Under the pieces are notes generated by a model that made no database searches, was not told the DNA's origin, and was given only the letters and a program-made list of their open reading frames with translations. Of a stretch of DNA of 64,000 nucleotides, positions 13,288-22,683 are shown in pieces. Each line of letters opens with the position of its first letter. Within the stretch, counting starts at the first letter, position 1. The translations under genes and the position numbers were made by a program. This DNA comes from Halieaceae bacterium (GTDB taxonomy: Bacteria > Pseudomonadota > Gammaproteobacteria > Pseudomonadales > Halieaceae). Where the stretch lies: assembly GCA_965237855.1 (NCBI GenBank), contig CBDEGK010000004.1, forward strand, positions 179,305-243,304, written 5' to 3'.

Positions 13288-15060
13288 TTAGTAGGTACGA
13301 ATCTTGGGTTGGAAGGTATCAACAGTTTTCGGTTCAAAATTCACAGCGCGCTTGCCCACGCTTTTATCGGCGGGGAAAAACAGGGAGTGACACAGCCAAT
13401 TTTCATCATCGCGCTCGGTGAAATCTTCTCGGGCATGGGCGCCACGACTCTCCTTGCGCGCTTCTGCGGCGATAGCGGTTGCCTCCGCCACTTCCAACAG
13501 GTTGTGTAATTCCAGTGCTTCCAGTCGGGCCGTGTTGTAGGCGTTGCTCTTGTCCTGCAGATGAATATTGTCAATACGCACACGCAGGTCCGCGAGTTTC
13601 TTGATGCCCTCTTGCATAAACTCGCCTTTACGGAATACACCGAAATGGTTCTGCATCACGTTCTGTAATTCTGTACGCAGTTCCGCCACACCCTCACCGG
13701 AGCTGGACTGGTTGAGCTTATTCAGGCGGGCCATGGATTTTTCGATGTCTGAGTCGCTGGAGTCGCGCAACTCGATACCGTCGCGCAGGGCATTCTCGAT
13801 AAACAGGCCCGAGGCACGGCCGAACACCACCAGGTCCAACAGTGAGTTGCCGCCAAGGCGGTTGGCACCGTGCACGGAGACACAGGCGACTTCACCACAG
13901 GCAAACAGGCCCGGTATGATCTTGTCGTTACCATTTTCATCCACGGTCAGCGCCTGGCCGTTCACATTAGTGGGAATGCCACCCATCATGTAGTGGCAGG
14001 TCGGCACCACGGGCACAGGTTCCCTGACCGGATCGGCGTGAGCGAATGTGCGAGAAAGTTCTACGATACCCGGCAGGCGGCTTTGCAGCACCTCCTCACC
14101 GAGGTGGTCCAGTTTCAGGAGCACGTGGTCACCTTCAGGGCCACAACCGCGGCCCTCAAGAATTTCCAGCACTATCGAGCGCGCTACCACATCGCGACCC
14201 GCCAGATCCTTGGCATTGGGCGCATAGCGCTCCATAAAGCGCTCGCCGTCCTTGTTGATCAGGTAACCGCCTTCACCGCGACAACCCTCAGTGACCAGCA
14301 CCCCGGCGCCAGCAATGCCGGTGGGGTGAAACTGCCACATCTCGATATCCTGCACGGGCACGTCAGCGCGCAGCGCCATGCCGATGCCATCGCCGGTATT
14401 GATGTGCGCATTGGTGGTGGAGGCATATATACGCCCGGCACCGCCGGTGGCAAATACTGTGGCCTTCGACTTCACATACACCGTCTCGCCGGTTTCCATG
14501 CAAATGGCAATCACGCCGGTGACAGCACCATCCTGGTTTTTGACCAGGTCGACCGCGAACCACTCGTTAAAGAACACCGTATTAGCTTTCAAATTACCCT
14601 GGTAGAGGGTGTGCAACAGGGCGTGACCGGTACGATCTGCCGCCGCACAGGTGCGCGCTGCCTGGCCACCTTCGCCGAAATTCTTGGACTGGCCACCGAA
14701 GGGGCGCTGGTAAATTCGGCCTTCCTCAGTTCGGGAAAACGGCAAACCCATGTGCTCGAGCTCATAGACCGCCTCCGGGCCTACCGAACACATATACTCT
14801 ATCGCGTCCTGGTCGCCGATGTAGTCAGAACCCTTGACCGTATCGTACATATGCCAGCGCCAATCATCATTGGGGTCGTCACTGGCAATTGCACAGGTGA
14901 TACCACCCTGGGCCGACACTGTGTGCGAGCGTGTCGGAAAAACCTTGGTGATAACCGCCGTTTTATAACCGGACTGAGCCAGCTGCAGGGCCGCGCGCAT
15001 ACCCGCGCCGCCACCGCCTACAATCACACCGTCAAAAGAAATAGTTCGAATTCCAGCCAT
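13288..15060 (-). CDS. sdhA: succinate dehydrogenase flavoprotein subunit
   Basis: 590 aa with the FAD motif [14 protein letters not shown] and an SdhA-type body. Confidence 0.95.
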   Translation of the reverse strand: MAGIRTISFDGVIVGGGGAGMRAALQLAQSGYKTAVITKVFPTRSHTVSAQGGITCAIASDDPNDDWRWHMYDTVKGSDYIGDQDAIEYMCSVGPEAVYELEHMGLPFSRTEEGRIYQRPFGGQSKNFGEGGQAARTCAAADRTGHALLHTLYQGNLKANTVFFNEWFAVDLVKNQDGAVTGVIAICMETGETVYVKSKATVFATGGAGRIYASTTNAHINTGDGIGMALRADVPVQDIEMWQFHPTGIAGAGVLVTEGCRGEGGYLINKDGERFMERYAPNAKDLAGRDVVARSIVLEILEGRGCGPEGDHVLLKLDHLGEEVLQSRLPGIVELSRTFAHADPVREPVPVVPTCHYMMGGIPTNVNGQALTVDENGNDKIIPGLFACGEVACVSVHGANRLGGNSLLDLVVFGRASGLFIENALRDGIELRDSSDSDIEKSMARLNKLNQSSSGEGVAELRTELQNVMQNHFGVFRKGEFMQEGIKKLADLRVRIDNIHLQDKSNAYNTARLEALELHNLLEVAEATAIAAEARKESRGAHAREDFTERDDENWLCHSLFFPADKSVGKRAVNFEPKTVDTFQPKIRTY

Positions 15061-15063
15061 GAT

Positions 15064-15432
15064 TCAACTTCCCCAGATAATGTTGATGCCCCACACCACG
15101 TAGGTGAACAGGGTGGCAATACAGATAAGGACCAGCGCCCCACGCAGCTCGTTGGCGCGGCTGCCCATGGTGCGGGTAGTCACATAATCAGTCAGCGTAC
15201 TCCAGAGGCCTACCCAGGCATGTGCCGCCAGCGACAGTAGTGCCGCAACACTGAATATGCGCACCCAGGTCGCCGCAAAGACGGCTTTCCACTCGCTGTA
15301 GCTAATATCCGGGTTGCCCAGGATCAGTACGCCCAGAAAAATGAAATAGGCCAACAGGATAACCCCGCCAACCCGCTGTACCACCCAATCAGAGAGACCT
15401 GAACGGCCAAAATTGGTGACTGCAGTTACCAT
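15064..15432 (-). CDS. sdhD: succinate dehydrogenase membrane anchor subunit
   Basis: I placed the start at the internal ATG (MVTAVTNFGRSGLSDWVVQR...). This gives about 122 aa with 3 TM helices. The longer track ORF is an N-terminal over-extension. Confidence 0.8.
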   Translation of the reverse strand: MVTAVTNFGRSGLSDWVVQRVGGVILLAYFIFLGVLILGNPDISYSEWKAVFAATWVRIFSVAALLSLAAHAWVGLWSTLTDYVTTRTMGSRANELRGALVLICIATLFTYVVWGINIIWGS

Positions 15433-15800
15433 ATCCAAATCCCCGCCATAATAATAAGTACTATTGCTACTGCGACAGTAATTTTCGCGCCGAGAATACC
15501 GCCTTCCAGAGATTCGCCATAACCCGCGTCTGCGACCAGGTGCTTGATGCCAGCGGCCACGTGGTAGGCCAGCAGACTCAGTGTGCCCCACACCAAAAAC
15601 TTGACCAGCGGGCTCGCCAAGGTTTGTTTGAGTTCATTGAAACTTGCTTCACTGGCCAGGCTGGCGTCGAGTAGGTATAGAAAGATGGCCATGCCGATAA
15701 ACAGGCCAATACCGGACACGCGGGTCAGGATGGAAACTATCGCTGGCAAAGGGAAGTGGATAGTTCCGATATCGAGATTTACAGGTCGATTGTCTTTCAC
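15426..15800 (-). CDS. sdhC: succinate dehydrogenase cytochrome b556 subunit
   Basis: The GTG at 15800 gives VKDNRPVNLDIGTIHFPLPAIVSILTRVSG..., the conserved SdhC N-terminus, at about 124 aa. The exact start is uncertain. Confidence 0.7.
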   Translation of the reverse strand: MKDNRPVNLDIGTIHFPLPAIVSILTRVSGIGLFIGMAIFLYLLDASLASEASFNELKQTLASPLVKFLVWGTLSLLAYHVAAGIKHLVADAGYGESLEGGILGAKITVAVAIVLIIMAGIWIW

Positions 15801-15975
15801 AGTAGTAACACCACTAGAGGTATGAAAAAGATGAGGCCAAGGGCGCCTGCCGACTGCGGCTGCAGCCCCTTGAGACCGGCCGAAATTATAGGCAGTTCGC
15901 GGGCTAAATACAATTGACAAAGGCGGCTGAAACTCTATAGTTGAGCACCCCAATGTGTACAACGCAGGACCCTCT

Positions 15976-17265
15976 ATGAGCGACAAGAAAGCATCCCTTA
16001 GCATCGATGGACTGGATGAGGCCATTGAGCTGCCAATTTACAGTGGCAGTATCGGCCCAGACGTCATTGATGTCGGCAGCCTGACTGGCAAGGGCATGTT
16101 TACTTATGATCCGGGTTTTGTCTCTACCGCCGCGTGCGAATCGCAAATTACTTACATCGATGGCGGCAAGGGCGTGCTGTTACACCGCGGCTATCCCATC
16201 GAACAACTGGCCGAGCATTCCGATTATCTTGAGACCTGTTACCTGTTGTTGTACGGCGAGCTGCCCAACGCTGAGCAGAAGGCCGAGTTCGAAAATACCG
16301 TGCGCTACCACACCATGGTGCACGACCAACTGACCTCCTTTTTCCACGGTTTCCGTCGCGACGCCCACCCCATGGCCATCCTCTGTGGCGTCGTCGGTGC
16401 CCTCTCCGCCTTCTATCATGACTCACTGGACATTTCCGATGAGCGCCACCGCCAGATAGCCGCATTCCGACTGATCGCCAAGATGCCAACCCTGGCCGCC
16501 ATGAGCTACAAGTTCTCCATTGGCCAGCCCTTTATGTACCCGGATAACAGCCTCGATTACGCCGAGAATTTCCTGCACATGATGTTTGGCACGCCCTGTG
16601 AAGAGAGCAACATCAGTCCGGTACTGGCCAAGGCCATGGATCGTATCTTCCTGCTTCACGCAGACCATGAACAAAATGCCTCCACCTCAACCGTACGCCT
16701 GACCGGCTCCTCCGGCGCCAATCCCTTTGCCTGTATAGCAGCTGGCATTGCCGCATTGTGGGGCCCCTCCCACGGTGGTGCTAACGAGGCGGTGCTGAAT
16801 ATGTTGGAGGAGATCGGTGATATCAGCCGCATCGATGAGTTTGTGGCCCGGGCCAAAGACAAGGAAGACCCCTTCCGGCTGATGGGCTTTGGTCATCGCG
16901 TCTACAAGAATTTTGACCCCCGTGCCAAGGTCATGAAAGAAGCCGCTGATGAAGTACTGGCGGAGCTGGGCCTGGAAAATGACCCACTGCTCGCCATTGC
17001 CAAACGCCTGGAGGAAATCGCTCTCGAGGACGAATACTTCATCGAGAAGAAGCTGTATCCCAATGTGGACTTTTACTCAGGCATTATTCTCAAGGCTATC
17101 GGCATTCCCACCAGCATGTTCACGGTCATTTTTGCCGTCGGCCGCACCGTGGGCTGGATCGCCCATTGGAACGAGATGATCAGCGGCAGCTACCGTATCG
17201 GTCGCCCGCGCCAGCTCTACACCGGTCACACGCAACGCGACTACGCACCCGTCGACGAACGCTGA
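15976..17265 (+). CDS. gltA: citrate synthase (type II)
   Basis: Starts [12 protein letters not shown]... and carries the [13 protein letters not shown] motif. It is divergent from sdhC as in most gammaproteobacteria. I trimmed the start to the second ATG. Confidence 0.93.
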   Translation: MSDKKASLSIDGLDEAIELPIYSGSIGPDVIDVGSLTGKGMFTYDPGFVSTAACESQITYIDGGKGVLLHRGYPIEQLAEHSDYLETCYLLLYGELPNAEQKAEFENTVRYHTMVHDQLTSFFHGFRRDAHPMAILCGVVGALSAFYHDSLDISDERHRQIAAFRLIAKMPTLAAMSYKFSIGQPFMYPDNSLDYAENFLHMMFGTPCEESNISPVLAKAMDRIFLLHADHEQNASTSTVRLTGSSGANPFACIAAGIAALWGPSHGGANEAVLNMLEEIGDISRIDEFVARAKDKEDPFRLMGFGHRVYKNFDPRAKVMKEAADEVLAELGLENDPLLAIAKRLEEIALEDEYFIEKKLYPNVDFYSGIILKAIGIPTSMFTVIFAVGRTVGWIAHWNEMISGSYRIGRPRQLYTGHTQRDYAPVDER

Positions 17266-17269
17266 AAGC

Positions 17270-18391
17270 ATGACTGATATAGTCATCAGCGGAACCGGAC
17301 TGTTCACGCCGGAACAGTCCATCAGCAACACCGAGCTGGTAGAGTCCTTCAACAGCTGGGCTGACCAGTTCAATGCTGAACACGCCGATGCCATCGCCGC
17401 GGGCGAAGTGGCGGCGCAGACACACTCCTCGGTGGAGTTCATCGAGAAAGCCTCTGGCATCAAGAGTCGGTATGTGATCGACAAGTCGGGTGTCCTCGAC
17501 CCGGCGCGAATGGTCCCGAGCATTGCTGAACGCAGCAATGAGGAAGCCTCGCTGCAATGTGAAATAGGCGTTCTCGCCGCGCGCCAGGCCATGGATATGG
17601 CCGGCAAGGAACCGCAAGACATCGATGCGGTGCTGGTAGCCTGCTCCAACCTGCAACGCGCCTACCCCGCCATGGCGGTGGAGTTACAGGCGGCGCTGGG
17701 TATCAAAGGCTGGGGTTACGACATGAACGTGGCCTGCTCTTCCGCCACCTTTGGCATACAAGCCGCCCGCGATGCCATCGCCAATGGCAGTGCACGCGCG
17801 GTGCTGGTGGTAAATCCTGAAATATGCAGTGGCCACCTCAATTTCAGGGATCGCGACGCCCACTTTATCTTTGGTGACGTGTGTACCGCTGTCCTGCTGG
17901 AAAGCGCCGATACAGCCAGCTCACCGGAGCAGTACAAGATACTCGGCAGCCGGCTGCAAACGACCTTCTCCAATAACATTCGCAATAACTTTGGCTTCCT
18001 CAATCGCGCGGATGAAAGCGGCATTGGCGAAACAGACAAACTGTTTGTCCAAAATGGACGCAAAGTATTCAAGGAAGTTTGCCCGATGGTGGCCGAACAG
18101 ATAGTCGACCACCTGGGTAGTCTCGATTTGACCGGTCAGGACATCAAACGCATGTGGCTGCACCAGGCGAACCTCAGCATGAATCAATTTATTGGCAAGC
18201 GGGTATTGGGACGCGAGGCTACTGACGACGAGGCCCCGACGATTCTCGATGAATACGCCAATACCAGTTCAGCGGGCTCGGTCATTGCCTTTCACAAGCA
18301 CAGGAGTGATTTCAAGGCCGGCGACATCGGCGTTCTCTGCTCCTTTGGCGCCGGTTACAGTATCGGCTCGGTCATACTCGAACGTCTTTAG
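17270..18391 (+). CDS. beta-ketoacyl-ACP synthase III family (FabH-like) condensing enzyme
   Basis: 373 aa with Cys-His-Asn triad contexts NVACSSA, WLHQAN and YANTSSAG. It starts 4 nt after the gltA stop. Confidence 0.8.
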   Translation: MTDIVISGTGLFTPEQSISNTELVESFNSWADQFNAEHADAIAAGEVAAQTHSSVEFIEKASGIKSRYVIDKSGVLDPARMVPSIAERSNEEASLQCEIGVLAARQAMDMAGKEPQDIDAVLVACSNLQRAYPAMAVELQAALGIKGWGYDMNVACSSATFGIQAARDAIANGSARAVLVVNPEICSGHLNFRDRDAHFIFGDVCTAVLLESADTASSPEQYKILGSRLQTTFSNNIRNNFGFLNRADESGIGETDKLFVQNGRKVFKEVCPMVAEQIVDHLGSLDLTGQDIKRMWLHQANLSMNQFIGKRVLGREATDDEAPTILDEYANTSSAGSVIAFHKHRSDFKAGDIGVLCSFGAGYSIGSVILERL

Positions 18392-18408
18392 CCTGTTCGG
18401 GCAGAGAG

Positions 18409-19473
18409 TCAGGCGGCGCCGACAATCCCTTCCAGGGCCGCCAACAACAGCTCACATTGTTCCTGGGTACCCACGGTAATTCGCAGGTAGTCGCGGGTTC
18501 TCTCGGCACTGAAGTAACGCACCAGAATATGTTGCTCGCGCAGGGCCAGGAAAACAGCCTCTGCGTTATTCTGCGGCGGTCGCGCCAACACAAAGTTGGC
18601 ACTGGATGGCAGCACCTGGAAGCCTAGTACTGTCAGCCCGGCAGACAGGTTTTCACGATTGCCAATCAGGCGCTGACAGCTCTCTTCAAACCACTGCCGA
18701 TCCTCCAGCCCAGCTACCGCGGCAGCTTCTGCCAGCCGGTCTAGCGGGTAGGAATTAAAGCTGTTTTTTACCCGCTGCAAACCTTCGATCAATCCAACAT
18801 CACCGAACGCCGCGCCCACTCGCAAGCCGGCCAGCCCCCGCGACTTGGAGAGCGTCTGCACCACCAGCAGGTTGTCATAGCGGTCGATGAGCGACACGGC
18901 GGACTCGCAGCCGAAGTCGACATAGGCCTCGTCGACCACCAGCACCGAGTCGGTATTGTCTTGCAACAGGCCTTCGATTGCCGCCAGCTCCAGGGCGATA
19001 CCCGTGGGGGCATTGGGATTGGCAATGATGATGCCGCCGTTGTGGCGGTGATACGCCTGCGGATCAATAGTAAATTGCTCATCGAGTGGCACAGTCTGAT
19101 ACGTCAGCCGATACAGGGCACAGTGGACCGGGTAAAAGCTGTAGGTCACGTCCGGAAATAACACCGGCAAGCTGGGATTGAACAGGGCCTGGAAAGTATG
19201 GGCCAGCACCTCGTCGGAACCGTTACCGATAAAGACCTGTTCTGGTTGCAGCGCCAGGTCTGTCGCCCAGGCCTGGCGCAGCCGTGTATTTTCCGGGTCC
19301 GGGTACAAACGCAGGCTATCATCACCAGCGCTGTGAATCGCCTCTAACACTTTCGGTGACGGCGGCCAGGGCAGCTCATTGGTATTGAGCTTTACCAGCT
19401 TGTCCTGCTGTGGTTGTTCGCCGGGAACATAGGGCGACAACTCGCTGACCAGGGGGCTCCAGAAACGGGACAT
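18409..19473 (-). CDS. hisC: histidinol-phosphate aminotransferase family (class II PLP aminotransferase)
   Basis: The start at the ATG 19473 (MSRFWSPLVSELSPYVPGEQP) is preceded by AAGGAGA. The PLP-lysine context is QTLSKSRGLAGLRVG. The upstream 47 codons of the track ORF are rejected. Confidence 0.8.
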   Translation of the reverse strand: MSRFWSPLVSELSPYVPGEQPQQDKLVKLNTNELPWPPSPKVLEAIHSAGDDSLRLYPDPENTRLRQAWATDLALQPEQVFIGNGSDEVLAHTFQALFNPSLPVLFPDVTYSFYPVHCALYRLTYQTVPLDEQFTIDPQAYHRHNGGIIIANPNAPTGIALELAAIEGLLQDNTDSVLVVDEAYVDFGCESAVSLIDRYDNLLVVQTLSKSRGLAGLRVGAAFGDVGLIEGLQRVKNSFNSYPLDRLAEAAAVAGLEDRQWFEESCQRLIGNRENLSAGLTVLGFQVLPSSANFVLARPPQNNAEAVFLALREQHILVRYFSAERTRDYLRITVGTQEQCELLLAALEGIVGAA

Positions 19474-19575
19474 CAACAACTCTCCTTTTTCAAGCGCGAA
19501 ATTATAACAACCACCACGCTTTCTATCGCCCTGTGCACTCCATATACTGTGGTAAAAGTTGTCTGGATCGAAGTA

Positions 19576-20256
19576 ATGGCTATACAAAACCCCTTTAGTA
19601 ACCTGTTCGCTCAATCTCCGATGGGGCCGTTACAGGATCACATGTCAAAAGTTCACGCCACCGCCGAGGCACTGCTACCCTTCCTGAAGGCCGCACAAAA
19701 GGGCAATTGGGATAAGGCGAAAGAGCTACAAAAAGACATCGTCAAGCATGAAGAGGCCGCTGATAAGCAGAAGCGCTCGCTGCGCAAGCATTTGCCAAAG
19801 AGCCTGTTTATGCCTGTATCCCGCGGTGATCTACTGGAACTGGTAGCCATGCAGGACCAGATCGCCAACCGCGCCAAAGACATTGCAGGTCTGATGCTGG
19901 GTCGCAAGATGGCCTTCCCGGAAAAGCTGGACGAGCAGATTATCGAGTACGCCGAGGCCTCTATCAGCACCTCCGGCAGTGCACTGGAGGCGATCAAGCG
20001 TATCGACGATGTCATTGAGGCGGGTTTTGGCAGTCGCCAGGTCAAGACCGTCGAGGACAATATATCTGAAATCGAAAAACTCGAACATCGCTCCGACAAA
20101 CTCCAGGTCAAGCTGAGAGCGAAGCTGTTCAAGCTGGAGAAAGACATTGATCCGGTAGAGGCGATGTTCCTGTACCGGCTCCTCGACTGGATTGGTGATA
20201 TTGCCGACTATGCCGAAAAAGTGGGCAACCGCCTGCAGATATTAATCAGCGTCTAA
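19576..20256 (+). CDS. DUF47 / TIGR00153 PhoU-like protein (Pit accessory-type)
   Basis: About 226 aa from MAIQNPFSNLFAQSPMGPLQDHM...; a helical PhoU-like repeat protein. No Pit transporter gene follows. Confidence 0.7.
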   Translation: MAIQNPFSNLFAQSPMGPLQDHMSKVHATAEALLPFLKAAQKGNWDKAKELQKDIVKHEEAADKQKRSLRKHLPKSLFMPVSRGDLLELVAMQDQIANRAKDIAGLMLGRKMAFPEKLDEQIIEYAEASISTSGSALEAIKRIDDVIEAGFGSRQVKTVEDNISEIEKLEHRSDKLQVKLRAKLFKLEKDIDPVEAMFLYRLLDWIGDIADYAEKVGNRLQILISV

Positions 20257-21534
20257 TTAATACTTGAACTTGGTGTCGAACATAATGCGATCGTAGTCGC
20301 GGGCATCGCCGCTGTTGCCACCGATTTCGTTGCGGAAATAGGTCACACCCAGGCTCCACTTCTTGTTGATACCGAAGCCGCCTTTAAACACATGGCCCTT
20401 GGCATCGGTGCCGCTACCGCCGAAATCAGAATCGCTTAACAATCCCAGGGTGGCATCCGCTTCCAGGTCCTGCCAGATATAGGCCAGGTCCCAACTGCCG
20501 CGGCCACTGGTTTTACCGAGTTTGACGCCCACCGCGTAACCGGTTTCGTTCTCGTCAGCGTCGGTGTTGTATACATAGTCTGCAAAGATGGCGAGCGGCA
20601 TGTCGCCTACATTCAGGCCCATGTCAAAGAAACCCTGCACGGTCTTGTAGTCATACAGGTATTCACAAGCAATCAGTTCGCTGGGGTTCGTACAGCTAAA
20701 GCTGTTGCCGAAGAAATCATCCGCGGCACCAAAAAACGGTGTCTTGCCGGCAGTCTCGATGCTTTGATAGCCAACACCGGCTACCAGCCTGGCGCTACCC
20801 AGTTGGCCGTTGAAACCCGCCTGGCCGCCGTAGGTGAACGAGGTGTTATCTTTCTTCTGGTCACTTTCCAGCCAGGTGCCGCCGGCACTGAGAAAAAACG
20901 AACCCGGCGTCCAGGTCATAGCAATCCCTTCCGGATTGTAGTCACCATCCCAGATCAGACCGTGCTTTTGGGGCCGGTAGTAAATATTCTTGAATTTACC
21001 GCCGATAAGATTCAGATCATCCGTGGCCCCCCAGTTGAAATACGCAAGGTCGAGGCGCAGGTCCTTGGTGGAACCGCCACCACCCAGGGTCTGGTTGGTG
21101 GAGACCGGATCGTCGCCACCGCTGGCGAAACCCAAGCCCACTTCGACATCGTCGTCCAGCTTGGCAATGATGGCCGCACGGGCACGAATACGGTTTCGGT
21201 CGCGAGTGGATATATTCTCTTCGTCGATGCCCTCGTAGCGATAGCGGAAATCGCCCTTGATGCGAATCGTTTCAGTCCAGGATGCCGCGCCGGCACTTTT
21301 ATTGACCGGCGCCACCTGGGCCTTGCTGAATTCCACCTCCTTAACAGTCTGCGCATTGATCTCGCGCAACCTTTCATTTTCCGCTTCCAGCGCAGATAGG
21401 CGCTCTGAAAACTGGGCAAACTGCACCTGCATATCGGCAAATTCCTGGTCACTGATGGCTGCACTCGCGAGCGGTGACTGAAGCAGCACTTGCACCAGCA
21501 AAATCGTTGCCAGTAGTGAATAACCATTTTTCAT
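20257..21534 (-). CDS. outer-membrane porin with N-terminal coiled-coil segment
   Basis: A signal peptide (MKNGYSLLATILLVQVLLQSPLASA) is followed by a heptad-like segment, then alternating beta-strand sequence ending in the aromatic terminus ...DTKFKY. Confidence 0.65.
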   Translation of the reverse strand: MKNGYSLLATILLVQVLLQSPLASAAISDQEFADMQVQFAQFSERLSALEAENERLREINAQTVKEVEFSKAQVAPVNKSAGAASWTETIRIKGDFRYRYEGIDEENISTRDRNRIRARAAIIAKLDDDVEVGLGFASGGDDPVSTNQTLGGGGSTKDLRLDLAYFNWGATDDLNLIGGKFKNIYYRPQKHGLIWDGDYNPEGIAMTWTPGSFFLSAGGTWLESDQKKDNTSFTYGGQAGFNGQLGSARLVAGVGYQSIETAGKTPFFGAADDFFGNSFSCTNPSELIACEYLYDYKTVQGFFDMGLNVGDMPLAIFADYVYNTDADENETGYAVGVKLGKTSGRGSWDLAYIWQDLEADATLGLLSDSDFGGSGTDAKGHVFKGGFGINKKWSLGVTYFRNEIGGNSGDARDYDRIMFDTKFKY

Positions 21535-21576
21535 GTTGTAGCTCTCCTAGTTACCGATTACACACAGCGATATTTT

Positions 21577-21597
21577 GCGCCTCACTGTTGGAGGCGC
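21577..21597. other. perfect 7-bp stem hairpin GCGCCTC-N7-GAGGCGC between the porin and korB genes
   Basis: Read directly from the sequence. It is flanked by TTTT on the 5' side and AAAA on the 3' side, so there is no U-tract after the stem in either orientation. Confidence 0.4.
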
Positions 21598-21630
21598 AAA
21601 ATAAGACAAAACAATGAAAAACGGAAGCTT

Positions 21631-22683
21631 TTAACGCAGTGAGGCGTTGATATTTTGCAGAACTTTACTGCCCGGGCACAGCTCTTCAGGGCCCAGTTCA
21701 TTCAGAGGCCTGGACACGGTATCCAGGGCTTCGTGCAAGTCGCGCGAGTCCTTGTTCATGTATATCAGGCCGGTGAGAATCTCGCCGTCGCCACGATGTT
21801 GTTCCATCACCGTCATTGCCGAGCCCCGATTAAAGGGATCGAGCCCCTCAGCCAGCTTGTGCAGGTGGATAACCGAACCATCGTGCATGGTGACCTCGTT
21901 GGAGGTGCCGGGCTGGTAGTGGGCGGTGATTTCCTGACGCATGGGCACGAAGTCCAGGGTGCCGGTGGCCTGGGAGTGCTCACGTACAAATTCGTAAGCC
22001 TTGGTAGAGGCCTCATTGTTGTTAAAGGTGACACAGGGCGACAACACATCAATCAGGGCGAAGCCCTGGTGGGTAATAGCCGCTTTGATCAGTGGCACCA
22101 GTTGCTCCTTGTCCCCGGAGAAACTGCGAGCAACAAAGGTTGCCCCCAGGGTCAGCGCGGTGGCACAGAGATCTATCGCGCCAAAGAGATTGGGGTCGCC
22201 TTTCTTGCTGGCTGAACCCTCATCGGCGGTGGCCGAATCCTGCCCCTTGGTGAGACCGTAGCAGCCATTGTTCATGACGATATACACCATGTTCAGGTTG
22301 CGCCGGATGGCGTGGGTAAATTGCCCCATACCAATCGATGCCGTATCGCCGTCACCAGACACCGCCAGGTAGATCAGGTCGCGGTTGGCCATGGAAGCAC
22401 CCGTGGCCACCGAGGGCATACGCCCGTGCACCGAGTTGAAGCCATGGGATTTACCGAGGAAATAGGTCGGCGTCTTGGAGGAACAACCAATACCGGATAT
22501 CTTGGCGATTTTGTGTGGCTCGATCGACAGTTCGTGTACCGCTTTAACAATCGCGCCGCTAATAGAGTCGTGGCCACAGCCGGCGCAGAGGGTGGAAATG
22601 GAACCCTCGTAGTCTGCCTTGGTATAGCCGAGCTCATTGACGGGCAGCTCGGGGTGGCGAAATGTCGGGTTGATATAACTCAT
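21631..22683 (-). CDS. korB: 2-oxoacid:ferredoxin oxidoreductase beta subunit (TPP-binding)
   Basis: 350 aa with the TPP motif LAVSGDGDTASIGMGQ and a Cys-rich N-terminal region. There is a 4-nt overlap with korA. Confidence 0.85.
   Translation of the reverse strand: MSYINPTFRHPELPVNELGYTKADYEGSISTLCAGCGHDSISGAIVKAVHELSIEPHKIAKISGIGCSSKTPTYFLGKSHGFNSVHGRMPSVATGASMANRDLIYLAVSGDGDTASIGMGQFTHAIRRNLNMVYIVMNNGCYGLTKGQDSATADEGSASKKGDPNLFGAIDLCATALTLGATFVARSFSGDKEQLVPLIKAAITHQGFALIDVLSPCVTFNNNEASTKAYEFVREHSQATGTLDFVPMRQEITAHYQPGTSNEVTMHDGSVIHLHKLAEGLDPFNRGSAMTVMEQHRGDGEILTGLIYMNKDSRDLHEALDTVSRPLNELGPEELCPGSKVLQNINASLR

Noticed and set aside
13870-15240. 456-aa ORF on the plus strand
   Set aside because: It lies entirely antisense to sdhA. 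It is low-complexity and Arg/His/Gly-rich, typical of the mirror frame of a high-GC gene. It has no RBS and no recognisable motif.
21577-21597. Hairpin as a bidirectional Rho-independent terminator for korB and the porin gene
   Set aside because: In both orientations the T-run precedes the stem and an A-run follows it. It therefore lacks the 3' U-tract required, and is kept only as a structural note.
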